Made by a program: the position numbers and the translations under genes. This document shows positions 1-9,542 of a stretch of 64,000 nt of DNA, piece after piece (within the stretch, counting starts at the first letter, position 1; each line of letters begins with the position of its first letter). This DNA comes from an uncultured Bacteroidota bacterium (GTDB lineage Bacteria > Bacteroidota > Ignavibacteria > Kryptoniales > JAKASW01), in NCBI GenBank assembly GCA_963808245.1, contig CAWEES010000002.1:706252-770251 (forward strand), read 5' to 3'. The notes beneath the pieces are model-generated. The model did no database searches. It saw only the letters and a list, made by a program, of their open reading frames with translations, and was not told where the DNA came from.

Positions 1-34
1 TTCATCTTGATCTGCATCGGCATCCAGTTCGCCA

Positions 35-1636
35 TCAACGGCGTACGGGACCTTGTGCTGGATACAAGTTTCTGGCAAGGTTAGACGCCCGTTCGAATAG
101 TACATAGTTAGCGTCCTCCCAACGCACATCATTATCACGGAGGAGCATCTTCATCTCTCCCAGCCACCTATCGACGTAAAGTGCAGATTCAGGTGTTCGA
201 TCTTTTCCGATGACCAAGAAATTCTCCTTGTTGGTGATGGAGCCGAGGGGCTCTTCCTCCGCGATGTTATGTAGTATGTCGAAGGCCTTCAATGGTATTC
301 CACTCGAGACCATGATTCGCTGTGCCTGCCCGTACCCGGCAATCAATGCGATATCACCTCCATGATATCTTCTGGCCAGTTGTTCACCGACCGCTGCGCC
401 CGCACGTGGATCTCCTGAGAAACATCGCTTTGCATCGTCGAACGTCGCCACACCTACAGATGGCACAGTAAGCTGCAGGACGGGCATAAGAAGAAGGACG
501 GCGACCAGCGCACCGCGTCCCCATGCCGAACGAACCCGATCAAGTACCTCCTTGAGGCCGCACCCTGCTGATACCGATAGTAACAACCCGATCGTAAGTA
601 CGTAGCGCCAATTCCACCGCCACTGGTCCATCTGAACAAAACCCGCGAGGATTGAAGTTAGGACAAAAAATGCGGGGAGGGTGAAGTACAGGAGAAGCGG
701 AAACCGTTCTTTCTGTGCAAACCCGAACGATGAGTGAAGAAATATTCCCGCACTTGCGAGAATCACGATCGGACCAAAGATAACAAGGATGGCGCGAAGA
801 AAATTTTCAAGTATCTGCACCGGAAGATGTCCCGGGGCGTTGTGAACAGCGGTAGTGGCCGCGTCGTATGTCCACCGTGCAAATGTCAGCGCATCTCCGT
901 ATCGGAAGAGATTCCACGCGAACCAGAAGAGGATGCCTGCAAATGAAATCAGTGCCACTGCGACTGTCATACTTGCAACATGCCCGGGGCGCTCCTTCCA
1001 TACCTTCCGGCCATACCAGGCTGAAACCAGGATGAGATATGGGGCCAGCAGCCACGCTTCATAACGACAAAGTGTCGCGAGCATGACAGATGCTGCACTC
1101 ATGATGATCCACCATGTGGATCGATTCTCCAGCCACCGAAGAAGCGCATACCCACCCAGTGTAACGAAGAAGAATAAAGTAGGCTCGTCCATTGGCGTGA
1201 GAGATATATACACAACATTTGGGTTCAGGCAGAATAGGCAGGCAGATAAAAAGGCTATCGGCTCGGAAGCGGTCAAGCGGCGGACGATTAGGAAAAGGAA
1301 CAAGCCTGTTCCTACATAACACGGAATACCAACCACCATCCCCGCGATGCCGGAATAAAAGAGAGAATTGATCGCAACAGCGGGAATAAGAAGAAGATGT
1401 GGAAGAGGGAGCCACACAGTCCCCAGATTTCCAAGTCCCGGATGCAGCGCATCGAAGATGGCACGCGCTTTGACGATATGGGAAGCAGCGTCGCCGAAGT
1501 ACAGAAATGAATATCTGTCGTTGTGGAACAAAACTATTGCGGTAACTGAGGCGACGGCAAAAAGGAGGAGAACAAGAAGAAATTCAGACTTCCCTTTCAA
1601 GAAACTCCACCGGTACGCCGCGAGTGACCTACGCAT
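35..1636 (-). CDS. Polytopic membrane glycosyltransferase, ArnT/PMT (GT39/GT83)-like, putative
   Basis: 533-aa ORF. Many hydrophobic helices span the first ~400 aa, followed by a soluble C-terminal domain, as in lipid-linked-sugar transferases. The family call rests on overall resemblance only. The start overlaps the stop of the response regulator gene by 8 nt. Confidence 0.45.
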   Translation of the reverse strand: MRRSLAAYRWSFLKGKSEFLLVLLLFAVASVTAIVLFHNDRYSFLYFGDAASHIVKARAIFDALHPGLGNLGTVWLPLPHLLLIPAVAINSLFYSGIAGMVVGIPCYVGTGLFLFLIVRRLTASEPIAFLSACLFCLNPNVVYISLTPMDEPTLFFFVTLGGYALLRWLENRSTWWIIMSAASVMLATLCRYEAWLLAPYLILVSAWYGRKVWKERPGHVASMTVAVALISFAGILFWFAWNLFRYGDALTFARWTYDAATTAVHNAPGHLPVQILENFLRAILVIFGPIVILASAGIFLHSSFGFAQKERFPLLLYFTLPAFFVLTSILAGFVQMDQWRWNWRYVLTIGLLLSVSAGCGLKEVLDRVRSAWGRGALVAVLLLMPVLQLTVPSVGVATFDDAKRCFSGDPRAGAAVGEQLARRYHGGDIALIAGYGQAQRIMVSSGIPLKAFDILHNIAEEEPLGSITNKENFLVIGKDRTPESALYVDRWLGEMKMLLRDNDVRWEDANYVLFERASNLARNLYPAQGPVRR

Positions 1637-2321
1637 TAATCAAAGTCGGCGCACTGGCCGTGGTGCTGACAGTTCCATTATCATGGACGTATCTGGCGAT
1701 TTGAAGCCTGGAGTGGAGTGCCAGCTTTTCCAGAATGTTATGAATATGACTCTTGACGGTGTGAGTTGACAGGTGAAGTTTTTGGGCAATTTCCTTGTTC
1801 GACATAGCGCTTGTGATTAATTCAATCACCTGCTGCTCACGTTGCGTCATGTCTACAGATTCCATGACTTTCACCGATCCCGGCCCATTGACTGCACATT
1901 TGACAATTTGAGTGAAAAGCGATTCGGTAAGATGTGTCGGCAAAACTTTCTCACCGCGCGCGACAGATCGAACGGCGCTGAAAAGATCCTCGATCGACGC
2001 ATTCTTCAGGATGAATCCCGATACTCCGGCCTTAACATAGTCCAGTATATCCGCCTGTGTAGGGACAAGGTTCATAACTATAATCCCGACCTCTTTTGAT
2101 TTTTTCTTGATCGAGCGGATTACCTCTAAGCTGTTTTGGCTTCGTAATCCTGGGTCGAGAAGCATGATGTCGAGTTTTAGAGCGGGTATTTTTTGTAAAA
2201 TATTCTCACTCGTTCCAAATGCAGCGACCAGTTTGAATTCAGAATGCTGATTGAGCATCGCCGTGATGCCCTCTCGCAAGAGGCGGTTGTCTTCAATAAC
2301 AAGTAATCGGATTTTTTCCAT
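1629..2321 (-). CDS. Two-component response regulator, NarL/FixJ family (LuxR-type HTH)
   Basis: 230 aa. N-terminal receiver domain (LLVIEDN; acceptor Asp context DIMLLDPGL). C-terminal LuxR HTH (LTQREQQVIELITSAMSNKEIAQKLHLSTHTVKSHIHNILEKL). No histidine kinase in the window. Confidence 0.9.
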   Translation of the reverse strand: MEKIRLLVIEDNRLLREGITAMLNQHSEFKLVAAFGTSENILQKIPALKLDIMLLDPGLRSQNSLEVIRSIKKKSKEVGIIVMNLVPTQADILDYVKAGVSGFILKNASIEDLFSAVRSVARGEKVLPTHLTESLFTQIVKCAVNGPGSVKVMESVDMTQREQQVIELITSAMSNKEIAQKLHLSTHTVKSHIHNILEKLALHSRLQIARYVHDNGTVSTTASAPTLINA

Positions 2322-2453
2322 TGTTTGATTTACGTTTTAATGCCTGTAAGTCACACACCGTGATAATTACAATGTCCCTATATAGCCTTCTTCAAAACGT
2401 TGACTACAGAAAGAGTTATTAAAAAATTTAATCGCCAAGATCCGAAAGCAATC

Positions 2454-2579
2454 TTACTTCACGAGAACCGACTCGTTCTCCTTTTCATTCTTCTTCTCTC
2501 TTTTAGCTGCTTTTTTTTCTTTCATTGTTTTAGCCGGTTCTTTTTTAGAACCTCTTTTGCTGTTCTGGCCTTTGCTCAT
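2454..2579 (-). CDS. Small lysine-rich protein (41 aa), hypothetical
   Basis: Hand translation. ATG at 2579 lies ~6 nt after AAGAGGA. Product MSKGQNSKRGSKKEPAKTMKEKKAAKREKKNEKENESVLVK, TAA at 2454-2456. It is below the ORF-track size cutoff, and + strand ORF 2400..2615 is its mirror image. Confidence 0.3.
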   Translation of the reverse strand: MSKGQNSKRGSKKEPAKTMKEKKAAKREKKNEKENESVLVK

Positions 2580-2638
2580 ATTTTTTCCTCTTGTTGTTTT
2601 TCTTTTGGACTTTAATTCTTATCCGTTGAAACAGATTT

Positions 2639-2995
2639 TTACATACTCTTTAGCACGCTATGCTCTATCAGGTCTAATCCAACCAGCACACGCTCTGTAT
2701 TAGAAAGATCGCCAATGATTCTCCTTACCGGCTGAGGTAACTTACGGACTAATGTAGGAACGGCGAGGATTTGGTTATCACGGGCAAGCTGTGGATTTTT
2801 CAATAGGTCAATCACTTCTATACGGTATTTCCCCTTCAATTGTTCTTCGCAAATTAATTTGAGATTGTTGAATGCGGTAACGGTTTTTAGAGTTTGGCCG
2901 GCAACATACAAACGCAAGACCCATTTATCTCTTCCTGTTTCGGTTGGCTTCGCTTTCCGCTTGCCGGGTTTTAATTTCTCATCTTTGATTTTCAC
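2639..2995 (-). CDS. kaiB: Circadian clock protein KaiB homolog
   Basis: 118 aa. Thioredoxin-like KaiB core: [72 protein letters not shown]. Lies 24 nt downstream of kaiC. Confidence 0.9.
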   Translation of the reverse strand: MKIKDEKLKPGKRKAKPTETGRDKWVLRLYVAGQTLKTVTAFNNLKLICEEQLKGKYRIEVIDLLKNPQLARDNQILAVPTLVRKLPQPVRRIIGDLSNTERVLVGLDLIEHSVLKSM

Positions 2996-3019
2996 AGAAC
3001 ATACCTTTAACTATTTGTT

Positions 3020-4771
3020 TTATTCTCGTTTGTTCCCGTTGCTTTTTCCATTACCATAACCTTTTCGACTCTTAGCCATCTCTACCTTGCCTTGAGAGAA
3101 AATTACATTCCTATCTTTTTCAATCCCGATAACTTTGAGTGCTTCCGATTCTTCGGCTTCAAATTCGGACCGTAATAAAACAATTTGAGCCTCTACGGCT
3201 TCACGCTTTCTCTCTAACTCAAATTGCTTGCGCTTGATTTCTTCCTGGCGAAAAGTTTGTTCCGCATCGTCCTTCGTCTCTTGTGATAACCGCGCCGAAC
3301 CGGTCAAGACTCCTTCCGGACCAACATAGACATCCAGCAGCTCAATACCATGGTTTGTCAGCTTAAATTCGCTAATCTGATTTGAGTGTGCCATCCCGCG
3401 TGATTTAAGAACATACAATCCTCTGTTACGTTCACCGCCGATCTCAATATCACGAAGAAGCAGCCACGTATCTATCAAAGATGAGATGTAAACATTAGTA
3501 TTCTCAATATTCTCGCCGGCGGAAGTGAGACTTGTGAAAAATGCGGTTATCCGTTTCATCTTTAGAAAATCCACAAGACGCAGTAACATTGACCTGACTT
3601 CAGTTTGGTTTTCTCCTATTACGAAAGAATTGATGGGATCGAGGATAACGATATTTGGTTCAAATTTGTTGATCAATTTGATAATAGTCGTCAGATGAGT
3701 CTCCAGGCCAAAGAGTGTGGGGCGTGTTGCCTGAAACCGAAGCAATCCTTTTTTCACCCACGGTTCTAAATTTATTCCAATGGAACACATATTGCGCATA
3801 AGCTGGCTTGAGGATTCTTCGAAAGTAAAAAAGAGGACACGTTCTCCCCTCTCGCATGCCGCTTCAACAAATTGCGCGGCCATGCTCGTCTTGCCCGTAC
3901 CGGCGGTACCTGAAACAAGAACTGTGCTTGAACGGAAGTAACCTTTACCGGAAAGCATTGTGTCAAGACGCGGAATACCGGAGGAAATTCTCTCCTTGGA
4001 TGAGGTATAATTCAGTCCCAGGGATGTGACAGGCAAAACAGAAAAGCCATCTTCATCAATAAGGAAAGGATACTCGTTTGTGCCGTGCGTTGAACCGCGA
4101 TACTTGACAATTCGCAGCCGCCGTATGGATGATTGATCGTCTACGCGATGATCGAGCAGGATGACACAATCGGAAACATATTCTTCCAATCCTTCACGAG
4201 TTAAGGAACCATCCCCTCGTTCTGCAGTGATTATCGTTGTCACGCCTTTCTTTTTCAACCAGTGCAATAACCGGCGCAATTCGGCGCGCAGTATAAGAGG
4301 GTTTGGTAAACCTGAAAAGAGTGATTCGACTGTATCCAGCACAACACGTTTAGCGCCGATGCTCTCTATTGCATGATGGATCCTGATAAACAAACCTTCC
4401 AAATTGTATTCACCACTTTGTTCGATCTCACCCCGTTCAACGTAAATGTGCTCAACCCAAATCTTTTTTTCCTCCACAAGGCTGTTCAAATCTAAACCCA
4501 ACGAAGTAACATTTGCCGTGAGTTCTTTCTCTGTTTCTTCGAATGACAAAAAGACCCCCGGTTCGTTGTACTCCGTTGCTCCGCGGACTAGAAACTCCAT
4601 AGCAAAGAGGGTCTTTCCGCAACCTGCTCCCCCGCATACAAGCGTCGGTCTTCCTTTCGGCAATCCTCCGCCCGTGATTTCGTCTAATCCCTGGATACTT
4701 GTCGGAGATTTTGGAAGTGCCTTACGTTGAAATTTTACTTCTTTTTTATTCATGATGTTATGTCCGAACAT
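3020..4771 (-). CDS. kaiC: KaiC homolog (double RecA/DnaB-like ATPase) with ~95-aa C-terminal coiled-coil-like extension
   Basis: 583 aa. Two Walker A motifs (GGAGCGKT, GTAGTGKT), each followed by an EE catalytic pair (FLSFEETE, FTFEESS). The phosphosite region reads YISSLIDTW (Ser-Ser). The C-terminus is charged and heptad-like (QEEIKRKQFELERKREAVEAQIVLLRSEFEAEESEALK). An alternative start is the ATG at 4753. Confidence 0.92.
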   Translation of the reverse strand: MFGHNIMNKKEVKFQRKALPKSPTSIQGLDEITGGGLPKGRPTLVCGGAGCGKTLFAMEFLVRGATEYNEPGVFLSFEETEKELTANVTSLGLDLNSLVEEKKIWVEHIYVERGEIEQSGEYNLEGLFIRIHHAIESIGAKRVVLDTVESLFSGLPNPLILRAELRRLLHWLKKKGVTTIITAERGDGSLTREGLEEYVSDCVILLDHRVDDQSSIRRLRIVKYRGSTHGTNEYPFLIDEDGFSVLPVTSLGLNYTSSKERISSGIPRLDTMLSGKGYFRSSTVLVSGTAGTGKTSMAAQFVEAACERGERVLFFTFEESSSQLMRNMCSIGINLEPWVKKGLLRFQATRPTLFGLETHLTTIIKLINKFEPNIVILDPINSFVIGENQTEVRSMLLRLVDFLKMKRITAFFTSLTSAGENIENTNVYISSLIDTWLLLRDIEIGGERNRGLYVLKSRGMAHSNQISEFKLTNHGIELLDVYVGPEGVLTGSARLSQETKDDAEQTFRQEEIKRKQFELERKREAVEAQIVLLRSEFEAEESEALKVIGIEKDRNVIFSQGKVEMAKSRKGYGNGKSNGNKRE

Positions 4772-4887
4772 ATGTTTTTATTTCTCTTCAAATGTGAAAT
4801 CTCTGGTCCCTCTCAGGGAATATCTTTGTGCTCTACGGCAGTTCCTTAATAAATTATGGGATAAACCGTAAAGTAAAACAATAGTCC

Positions 4888-4916
4888 AAAGGGATAAGAA
4901 AAGGATTAGTTCTCTT
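4888..4916 (-). repeat. GGATGAAA hairpin module, copy A (degenerate)
   Basis: + strand AAAGGGATAAGAAAAGGATTAGTTCTCTT, 117 nt upstream of the kaiC start. The core is ATAAG instead of ATGAA. Confidence 0.4.
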
Positions 4917-5024
4917 GGATGAGATCGGGATCAATATGAACGCGGTGGAACAGGGAGCTACGCGGCATTAAATAATAAATTAACGGCTACTCTCTAAAAT
5001 GACCTGCGAACTACTGTTGGCGCC

Positions 5025-5567
5025 TTAGTGTCTGGTTCGTACGCTTTTTTGCCTGTTATCTTTTTTCCCGGCATTTCCATTGTTTCTTTTATCTCCACCG
5101 CTGTGCTTACCTTTGTCGTGTTGCTGTTGCTGCAGCCAGTCTTTATGCTGGGGGTGGTCCTTGTTTGCAAAATATTTTGGATCCCGGCTATCGCGGATTA
5201 CCTGCTGATCGTGACGGCCTTTATACGAGGCATATCTTTCCCTATACATTTCATTATTTCGCCACGGTTCCCGATCATTTACCACTACTTTATAAGAGTG
5301 ATATAAGTCAAAATCATGGAAACGTGCCGGCAGAGATGAGCTGTAAATCCAACGCCCACCATCACTATAGTAATAACGATGTTGAGGAACATTGTAGTAA
5401 ATATCGATATCCGGGAAATAATAATTTTCGACACGGTCATAACCGGTAGGACCCCAAACCGGTTGAGTAGCTATGTTTAAGTTGACACGAACACGTACCT
5501 GTGCATCTGAAGTACTCGATGCGCTCGACAAGGATAGTGCTACGATTAATACCAAAAAATAACGCAT
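5025..5567 (-). CDS. Secreted hypothetical protein (aromatic-rich core, basic/polar tail)
   Basis: 180 aa. N-terminal signal peptide (MRYFLVLIVALSLSSASS). Core QPVWGPTGYDRVENYYFPDIDIYYNVPQHRYYY. I cannot name a family. Confidence 0.6.
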   Translation of the reverse strand: MRYFLVLIVALSLSSASSTSDAQVRVRVNLNIATQPVWGPTGYDRVENYYFPDIDIYYNVPQHRYYYSDGGRWIYSSSLPARFHDFDLYHSYKVVVNDREPWRNNEMYRERYASYKGRHDQQVIRDSRDPKYFANKDHPQHKDWLQQQQHDKGKHSGGDKRNNGNAGKKDNRQKSVRTRH

Positions 5568-5741
5568 AATGTTTTTCCTGTCTTTTTTGCTGGCCCATCC
5601 ATCTATAGTCGAGATGGGCAGTGCTCATTTAACTAATTGTTGATCCTTGAAATACTTTTGCTTAAGCCGATGTATAATTATTAAATCATCAAAAGAAGCA
5701 TCTGCTATCTTAAAAAACATACTAATGAATGGCATGGAAGA

Positions 5742-5781
5742 GAATCGACCGAAAGGATGAAAGAGTAGTTAATCCTCTTTT
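5742..5781 (-). repeat. GGATGAAA hairpin module, copy B
   Basis: + strand GAATCGACCGAAAGGATGAAAGAGTAGTTAATCCTCTTTT. Stem AGGAT/ATCCT. A TATGTT (-10-like, minus strand) lies at 5716-5721. The module is 175 nt upstream of the 5567 start. Confidence 0.6.
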
Positions 5782-5914
5782 GTTCACCGGATGAGAACGA
5801 CGGTCTATTATTGAAAAGTGAAAATGATTGCTGCTGCTATTTTTATATTAACTACTTCTTTGATGAATAATACGACGATAGCATACTACATTGTGAAATG
5901 TATCGCTCGCTTTT

Positions 5915-6550
5915 TCATCGTTCAGAAGCGATGATACCCCGCCGTGTCAATTCCGACATAACAAGCTTGACGATTCCCGGCCGGACTGTGTGTGCTGAAT
6001 TTGGCTCGGGGGTCTCGCTCGTAGCACTCCAAATCAATTGCCCTTCATTCTTAGTCATCCATACATCAATGGCTCGAAAATCGACTTTTTGAGAATCGAT
6101 GTACGCGGCGTGCGCTATATTCCCATAATATGTCATAAATCTATCATCGCGTGGATTATATCTCGAGTCCTGTTCTTTCGTCACATCCCCCCTCAGGTTT
6201 TCCGTCGTCATTTCCGGAGGAAGCCAGCGGTTAACCAGGATTCCGTCGAAGCCATCCGATTGCACGGCCTGGATAACCTGGTTTGTATCCGGTAGAGTAT
6301 CCGGGAACAGGAGATACGAAGGGGTTGCATCAACATCATGTTTTGCAAGCTCAACACTGAAAGCATCTTCCCAAAGGCGGCGCGGTCCGGGCTTCTTGCC
6401 GACGGAAATAACAAGAATTTTCTTCAGAGAAGGAGTTTGAATTGATGAATCGCTCCATACTTTAACAAGTTCCGATGATGAACACCCAGCCATCAGGGCG
6501 AAGAATAAGGAGAGAACTCCTCCGATAACGAAAGCTTTATATGATTTCAT
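5915..6550 (-). CDS. Lipoprotein, hypothetical
   Basis: 211 aa. Lipobox-like signal (LFFALMAGCSSS). Confidence 0.6.
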   Translation of the reverse strand: MKSYKAFVIGGVLSLFFALMAGCSSSELVKVWSDSSIQTPSLKKILVISVGKKPGPRRLWEDAFSVELAKHDVDATPSYLLFPDTLPDTNQVIQAVQSDGFDGILVNRWLPPEMTTENLRGDVTKEQDSRYNPRDDRFMTYYGNIAHAAYIDSQKVDFRAIDVWMTKNEGQLIWSATSETPEPNSAHTVRPGIVKLVMSELTRRGIIASER

Positions 6551-6677
6551 AGTGCTACCTTCTTTTCCACTTCGTGAGAATGACGGCTACTACTTTTTCT
6601 TGTGAAGCATTTCCAATTGTGCCAGGAATACCGACCGCACGGATGACCACATTAATCCCCTCACCAAGAGAGCTTAA

Positions 6678-7802
6678 TTATGGCATCTTCAAAACTGTAG
6701 ATGTCTTGGCATCTTCTTCCCAGCATTCCCAGCCGGAATGGCTGAGTTTGTTTTTAAGACGGCCAAATTGCGGAGGGCGGTACAATATGTACACTCCGTC
6801 GCTCATACCGGGTCGCACATAGGCCGAGTCTTCTGCGCAATCACAGTGGTCAGCCGGAGGCGCAAATCTATCTTTCTCGAGTAATCTCAAAGTTTCGCTG
6901 TAGACGCTGTCAACGCTCCACAGATACCCCTGCACACGATTCACATCGTACACCGCAACGGTGACCGATGTTTGCACATCATGCTCTAAGCGATCAAAGG
7001 CTTCCTGAGCAAATTTCCCTGCAAATATTGGTACATCCTCTCTTGTAAGCCGGGTATTAAGATTCTCCAGTGAACCGAGATAAAAATATGACAGGTGAAG
7101 ATTGTCGGGAGACGCGACGATATAGCGCGCGTAAGGAGAAAGAGCTGCAACGGAATACGGCGTACCGTTAAAGCACGTAGAGAGTATCAACAAGTCAAAC
7201 TTCGAGGAGCCCTGTGTAATTGCCCCCAATGCAGCAGCAAGATTGTGGATCGTGAATTCCCTTTCGGGATAAGATGCGTCGTACCCTTGCCCCCCGTATT
7301 CCGGAATTTCGTGACCAAAATAGAGGAACAACTTTATTAAGTTGCGAGGAGTTTGTTCCCGTGAACGATCATACAGTTCCACTTCAGTCTTGAAATCTCC
7401 GTTCCCACGCCAGTATGATTTTTTAGTTATTAAGGATCCGTTGCGATAATAATAAAATTCCCCATCGGGGAGCGGGAAGAAAAACAGAAGGTGTCTCCTC
7501 GTTTTCTCATGAAAAATAAACACTTCGGCATTTGGATTTTTTTGGGCTATCTTCGTCGCAGCAGCAAGAGTGTTTTCGTCCGCCTGAATTTCATTACCGT
7601 TTCGATCATGATAAAGGTAATCCCCATCGCCATGGATGATAAAGATCATTGAATACACGAGCGTCGGCGCAACTGCGGGAGGACTGATGTCGTAAATCGA
7701 TCCACATGAACACAAGAATGCCACTGCCAGGCAGCAAATTATTCCCGCGGAGCTTTTAGCTGCCACTAAGAATTGTCTGGTCTGCCGGCGTCGCATCTTC
7801 AC
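6678..7802 (-). CDS. Putative clan CD (clostripain/C11-like) cysteine peptidase, lipoprotein
   Basis: 374 aa. Signal peptide with Cys (AFLCSCGS). A His-Gly and Cys dyad context like C11 peptidases (LYFGHEIPEYGG ... LLILSTCFNGTPYSVAALSPYARYIVASPDNLH). The family call is tentative. Confidence 0.4.
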   Translation of the reverse strand: MKMRRRQTRQFLVAAKSSAGIICCLAVAFLCSCGSIYDISPPAVAPTLVYSMIFIIHGDGDYLYHDRNGNEIQADENTLAAATKIAQKNPNAEVFIFHEKTRRHLLFFFPLPDGEFYYYRNGSLITKKSYWRGNGDFKTEVELYDRSREQTPRNLIKLFLYFGHEIPEYGGQGYDASYPEREFTIHNLAAALGAITQGSSKFDLLILSTCFNGTPYSVAALSPYARYIVASPDNLHLSYFYLGSLENLNTRLTREDVPIFAGKFAQEAFDRLEHDVQTSVTVAVYDVNRVQGYLWSVDSVYSETLRLLEKDRFAPPADHCDCAEDSAYVRPGMSDGVYILYRPPQFGRLKNKLSHSGWECWEEDAKTSTVLKMP

Positions 7803-7819
7803 AGGTCTAAGTCGAAAAA

Positions 7820-8257
7820 TTAGTGTACGATCAGCACAACGAGAAGAATTATCAACAGTAATGTGACAACACTGATCGTGATATATTGCGAAGCCTGTTC
7901 CGTATCCTGCACAACATAATCGGCAAAATTATTCAACTTCTGATCCGGCACACGTTCGAAGCCGTTACGGCCTGCAAGTTCGTCCTGCTTTTCAATGAGA
8001 GTGGATTCGAATCGCTTAATCCCGGTTTTGTCCTTTTCGGAGACGAGTGGAGAATTCTCCGCGATTTCCAACGCTTTCGACATCTTGTTCAATGAGCTAT
8101 TCAGTATCTCACGTTTCTCCGCCGGATTTGTAGCTGCCTTCACTTTCATTGCGGCACTGTTAAAGAAATTCTGCAGGTCACTTCTTTCTCCGGATATAGC
8201 CGGACCAGCTATGACAAACATGGCGACAACAATCGCAAAAATCGTTCGTACTTTCAT
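7820..8257 (-). CDS. Hypothetical protein with signal peptide and C-terminal TM anchor
   Basis: 145 aa. N-terminal signal (MKVRTIFAIVVAMFVIAGPAISG). C-terminal hydrophobic helix (ITISVVTLLLIILLVVLIV). Lies 17 nt upstream of the C11-like gene. Confidence 0.55.
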   Translation of the reverse strand: MKVRTIFAIVVAMFVIAGPAISGERSDLQNFFNSAAMKVKAATNPAEKREILNSSLNKMSKALEIAENSPLVSEKDKTGIKRFESTLIEKQDELAGRNGFERVPDQKLNNFADYVVQDTEQASQYITISVVTLLLIILLVVLIVH

Positions 8258-8332
8258 GACATTCTCCTGATTTGAGTGGAATATTTATTTGTTATTTAAC
8301 TGAAGAAGTATACCGATGATTCATAGGAAAGG

Positions 8333-8369
8333 GAATCGCCCGAAGGGATGAAAGAGTAATTAATCCCTA
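8333..8369 (-). repeat. GGATGAAA hairpin module, copy C
   Basis: + strand GAATCGCCCGAAGGGATGAAAGAGTAATTAATCCCTA. Perfect 6-bp stem AGGGAT/ATCCCT with a 13-nt loop. A TATACT (-10-like, minus strand) lies at 8307-8312, 50 nt before the 8257 start. Confidence 0.65.
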
Positions 8370-8565
8370 TTAGTTCGCTAGAAGATTGCTTAGATACATT
8401 GCATAGAAAGTCGGTGAGACGCGCGGCAGGCGTTCCTCTTTGAGGAGGGTCAAACTTTTAGAAGTTACTCCACCTGTTCAACTCCAGGTGCTAAACATAT
8501 TTTGTCAGCGAACGGCGCGCGGTGTCTTGTGAGAGGTAATCTTTTTCGTTTTCCAAATCATCAGA

Positions 8566-9492
8566 CTATTTCCGTAGTGCCGCCAATTTTTTGAAGAGCT
8601 CTATTTCTTGTTCCGTAAGATGGTTCGGCACTTGGATGACGACTTTGACAAAGAGATCTCCGAAGTCCATCTTCTTGCCATAGACCGGCATTCCGAGTCC
8701 CCGTAGTCGGAGCTCCCTGCCGTTCGGCGTCCCCTTCGGAATATTGACTGCGACTTTGCCTTTCGGTGTTTTTATCTGAGTCTTTCCGCCAAGGACGGCA
8801 GTGTACAATTCAACGGGAAGGTCACATTGAAGATCGTTTCCTTTCCTCTGAAATTCCGGATGCGGCCCAATCTTTATGGTAAGGTAGAGGTCGCCGTTTG
8901 GGCCCCCATTTAAGCCGCTCCCCCCTTTGGTCGGAATCCTCAGAGTCTGCTGATCTGCGACCCCCGGTTTGATCGTCACTTTAATCGTTTGACCGTCGAG
9001 CTTGATGAGCCTTGTCGTGCCATGATATGCCTCTTCAAGCGAGAGGATGGTCTCTGTTTCAAAATCCTCGCCTTTGACGACAACGTTCCCTCTTCCACGC
9101 TGCCGGCTGGCCCGTTGTCCAAACAACGTCTCAAAGAGATCGTCGATGCTGATATCGCTAAATGCCGTATCAGGGTCACTCGTTCCCGTCCGGCGTGTTT
9201 TCCCGCCGCGAGCACTTGCATACTTCGACCAATCAAATCCTCCCGGTTGTGCACCGGCTTCTTCGTAATGTTTCCAATCCGCACCGAACTCATCGTACTT
9301 TTTCCGTTTCACCGGATCGCTGAGGACTTCGTTCGCCTCGTTGATGTCCTTGAACTTCTCTTCAGACGTTTTGTCTCCCTTGGTCTTGTCGGGATGATAT
9401 TTCTTGGCAAGCGTTCGATATGCCTTCTTTATCTCTGCAGGCGTTGCTGTCTTTCCAACTCCCAAAACATTGTAATAATCTTTATAGATCAT
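8566..9492 (-). CDS. cbpA: J-domain co-chaperone, CbpA-type DnaJ (no zinc-finger domain)
   Basis: 308 aa. J domain ([32 protein letters not shown]). No CxxCxGxG repeats. DnaJ C-terminal beta domains are present. Confidence 0.88.
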   Translation of the reverse strand: MIYKDYYNVLGVGKTATPAEIKKAYRTLAKKYHPDKTKGDKTSEEKFKDINEANEVLSDPVKRKKYDEFGADWKHYEEAGAQPGGFDWSKYASARGGKTRRTGTSDPDTAFSDISIDDLFETLFGQRASRQRGRGNVVVKGEDFETETILSLEEAYHGTTRLIKLDGQTIKVTIKPGVADQQTLRIPTKGGSGLNGGPNGDLYLTIKIGPHPEFQRKGNDLQCDLPVELYTAVLGGKTQIKTPKGKVAVNIPKGTPNGRELRLRGLGMPVYGKKMDFGDLFVKVVIQVPNHLTEQEIELFKKLAALRK

Positions 9493-9542
9493 AACCTCGC
9501 CCTTTTGTGTTCATGCCCCGATTCCACCAGATAAGATGATTA

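Noticed and set aside
2400-2615. + strand 71-aa Phe/Ser/Leu-rich ORF between kaiB and the response regulator.
   Set aside because: It is the low-complexity mirror of the A/G-rich minus strand. The minus strand encodes a more plausible SD-preceded Lys-rich 41-aa ORF in line with all the other genes.
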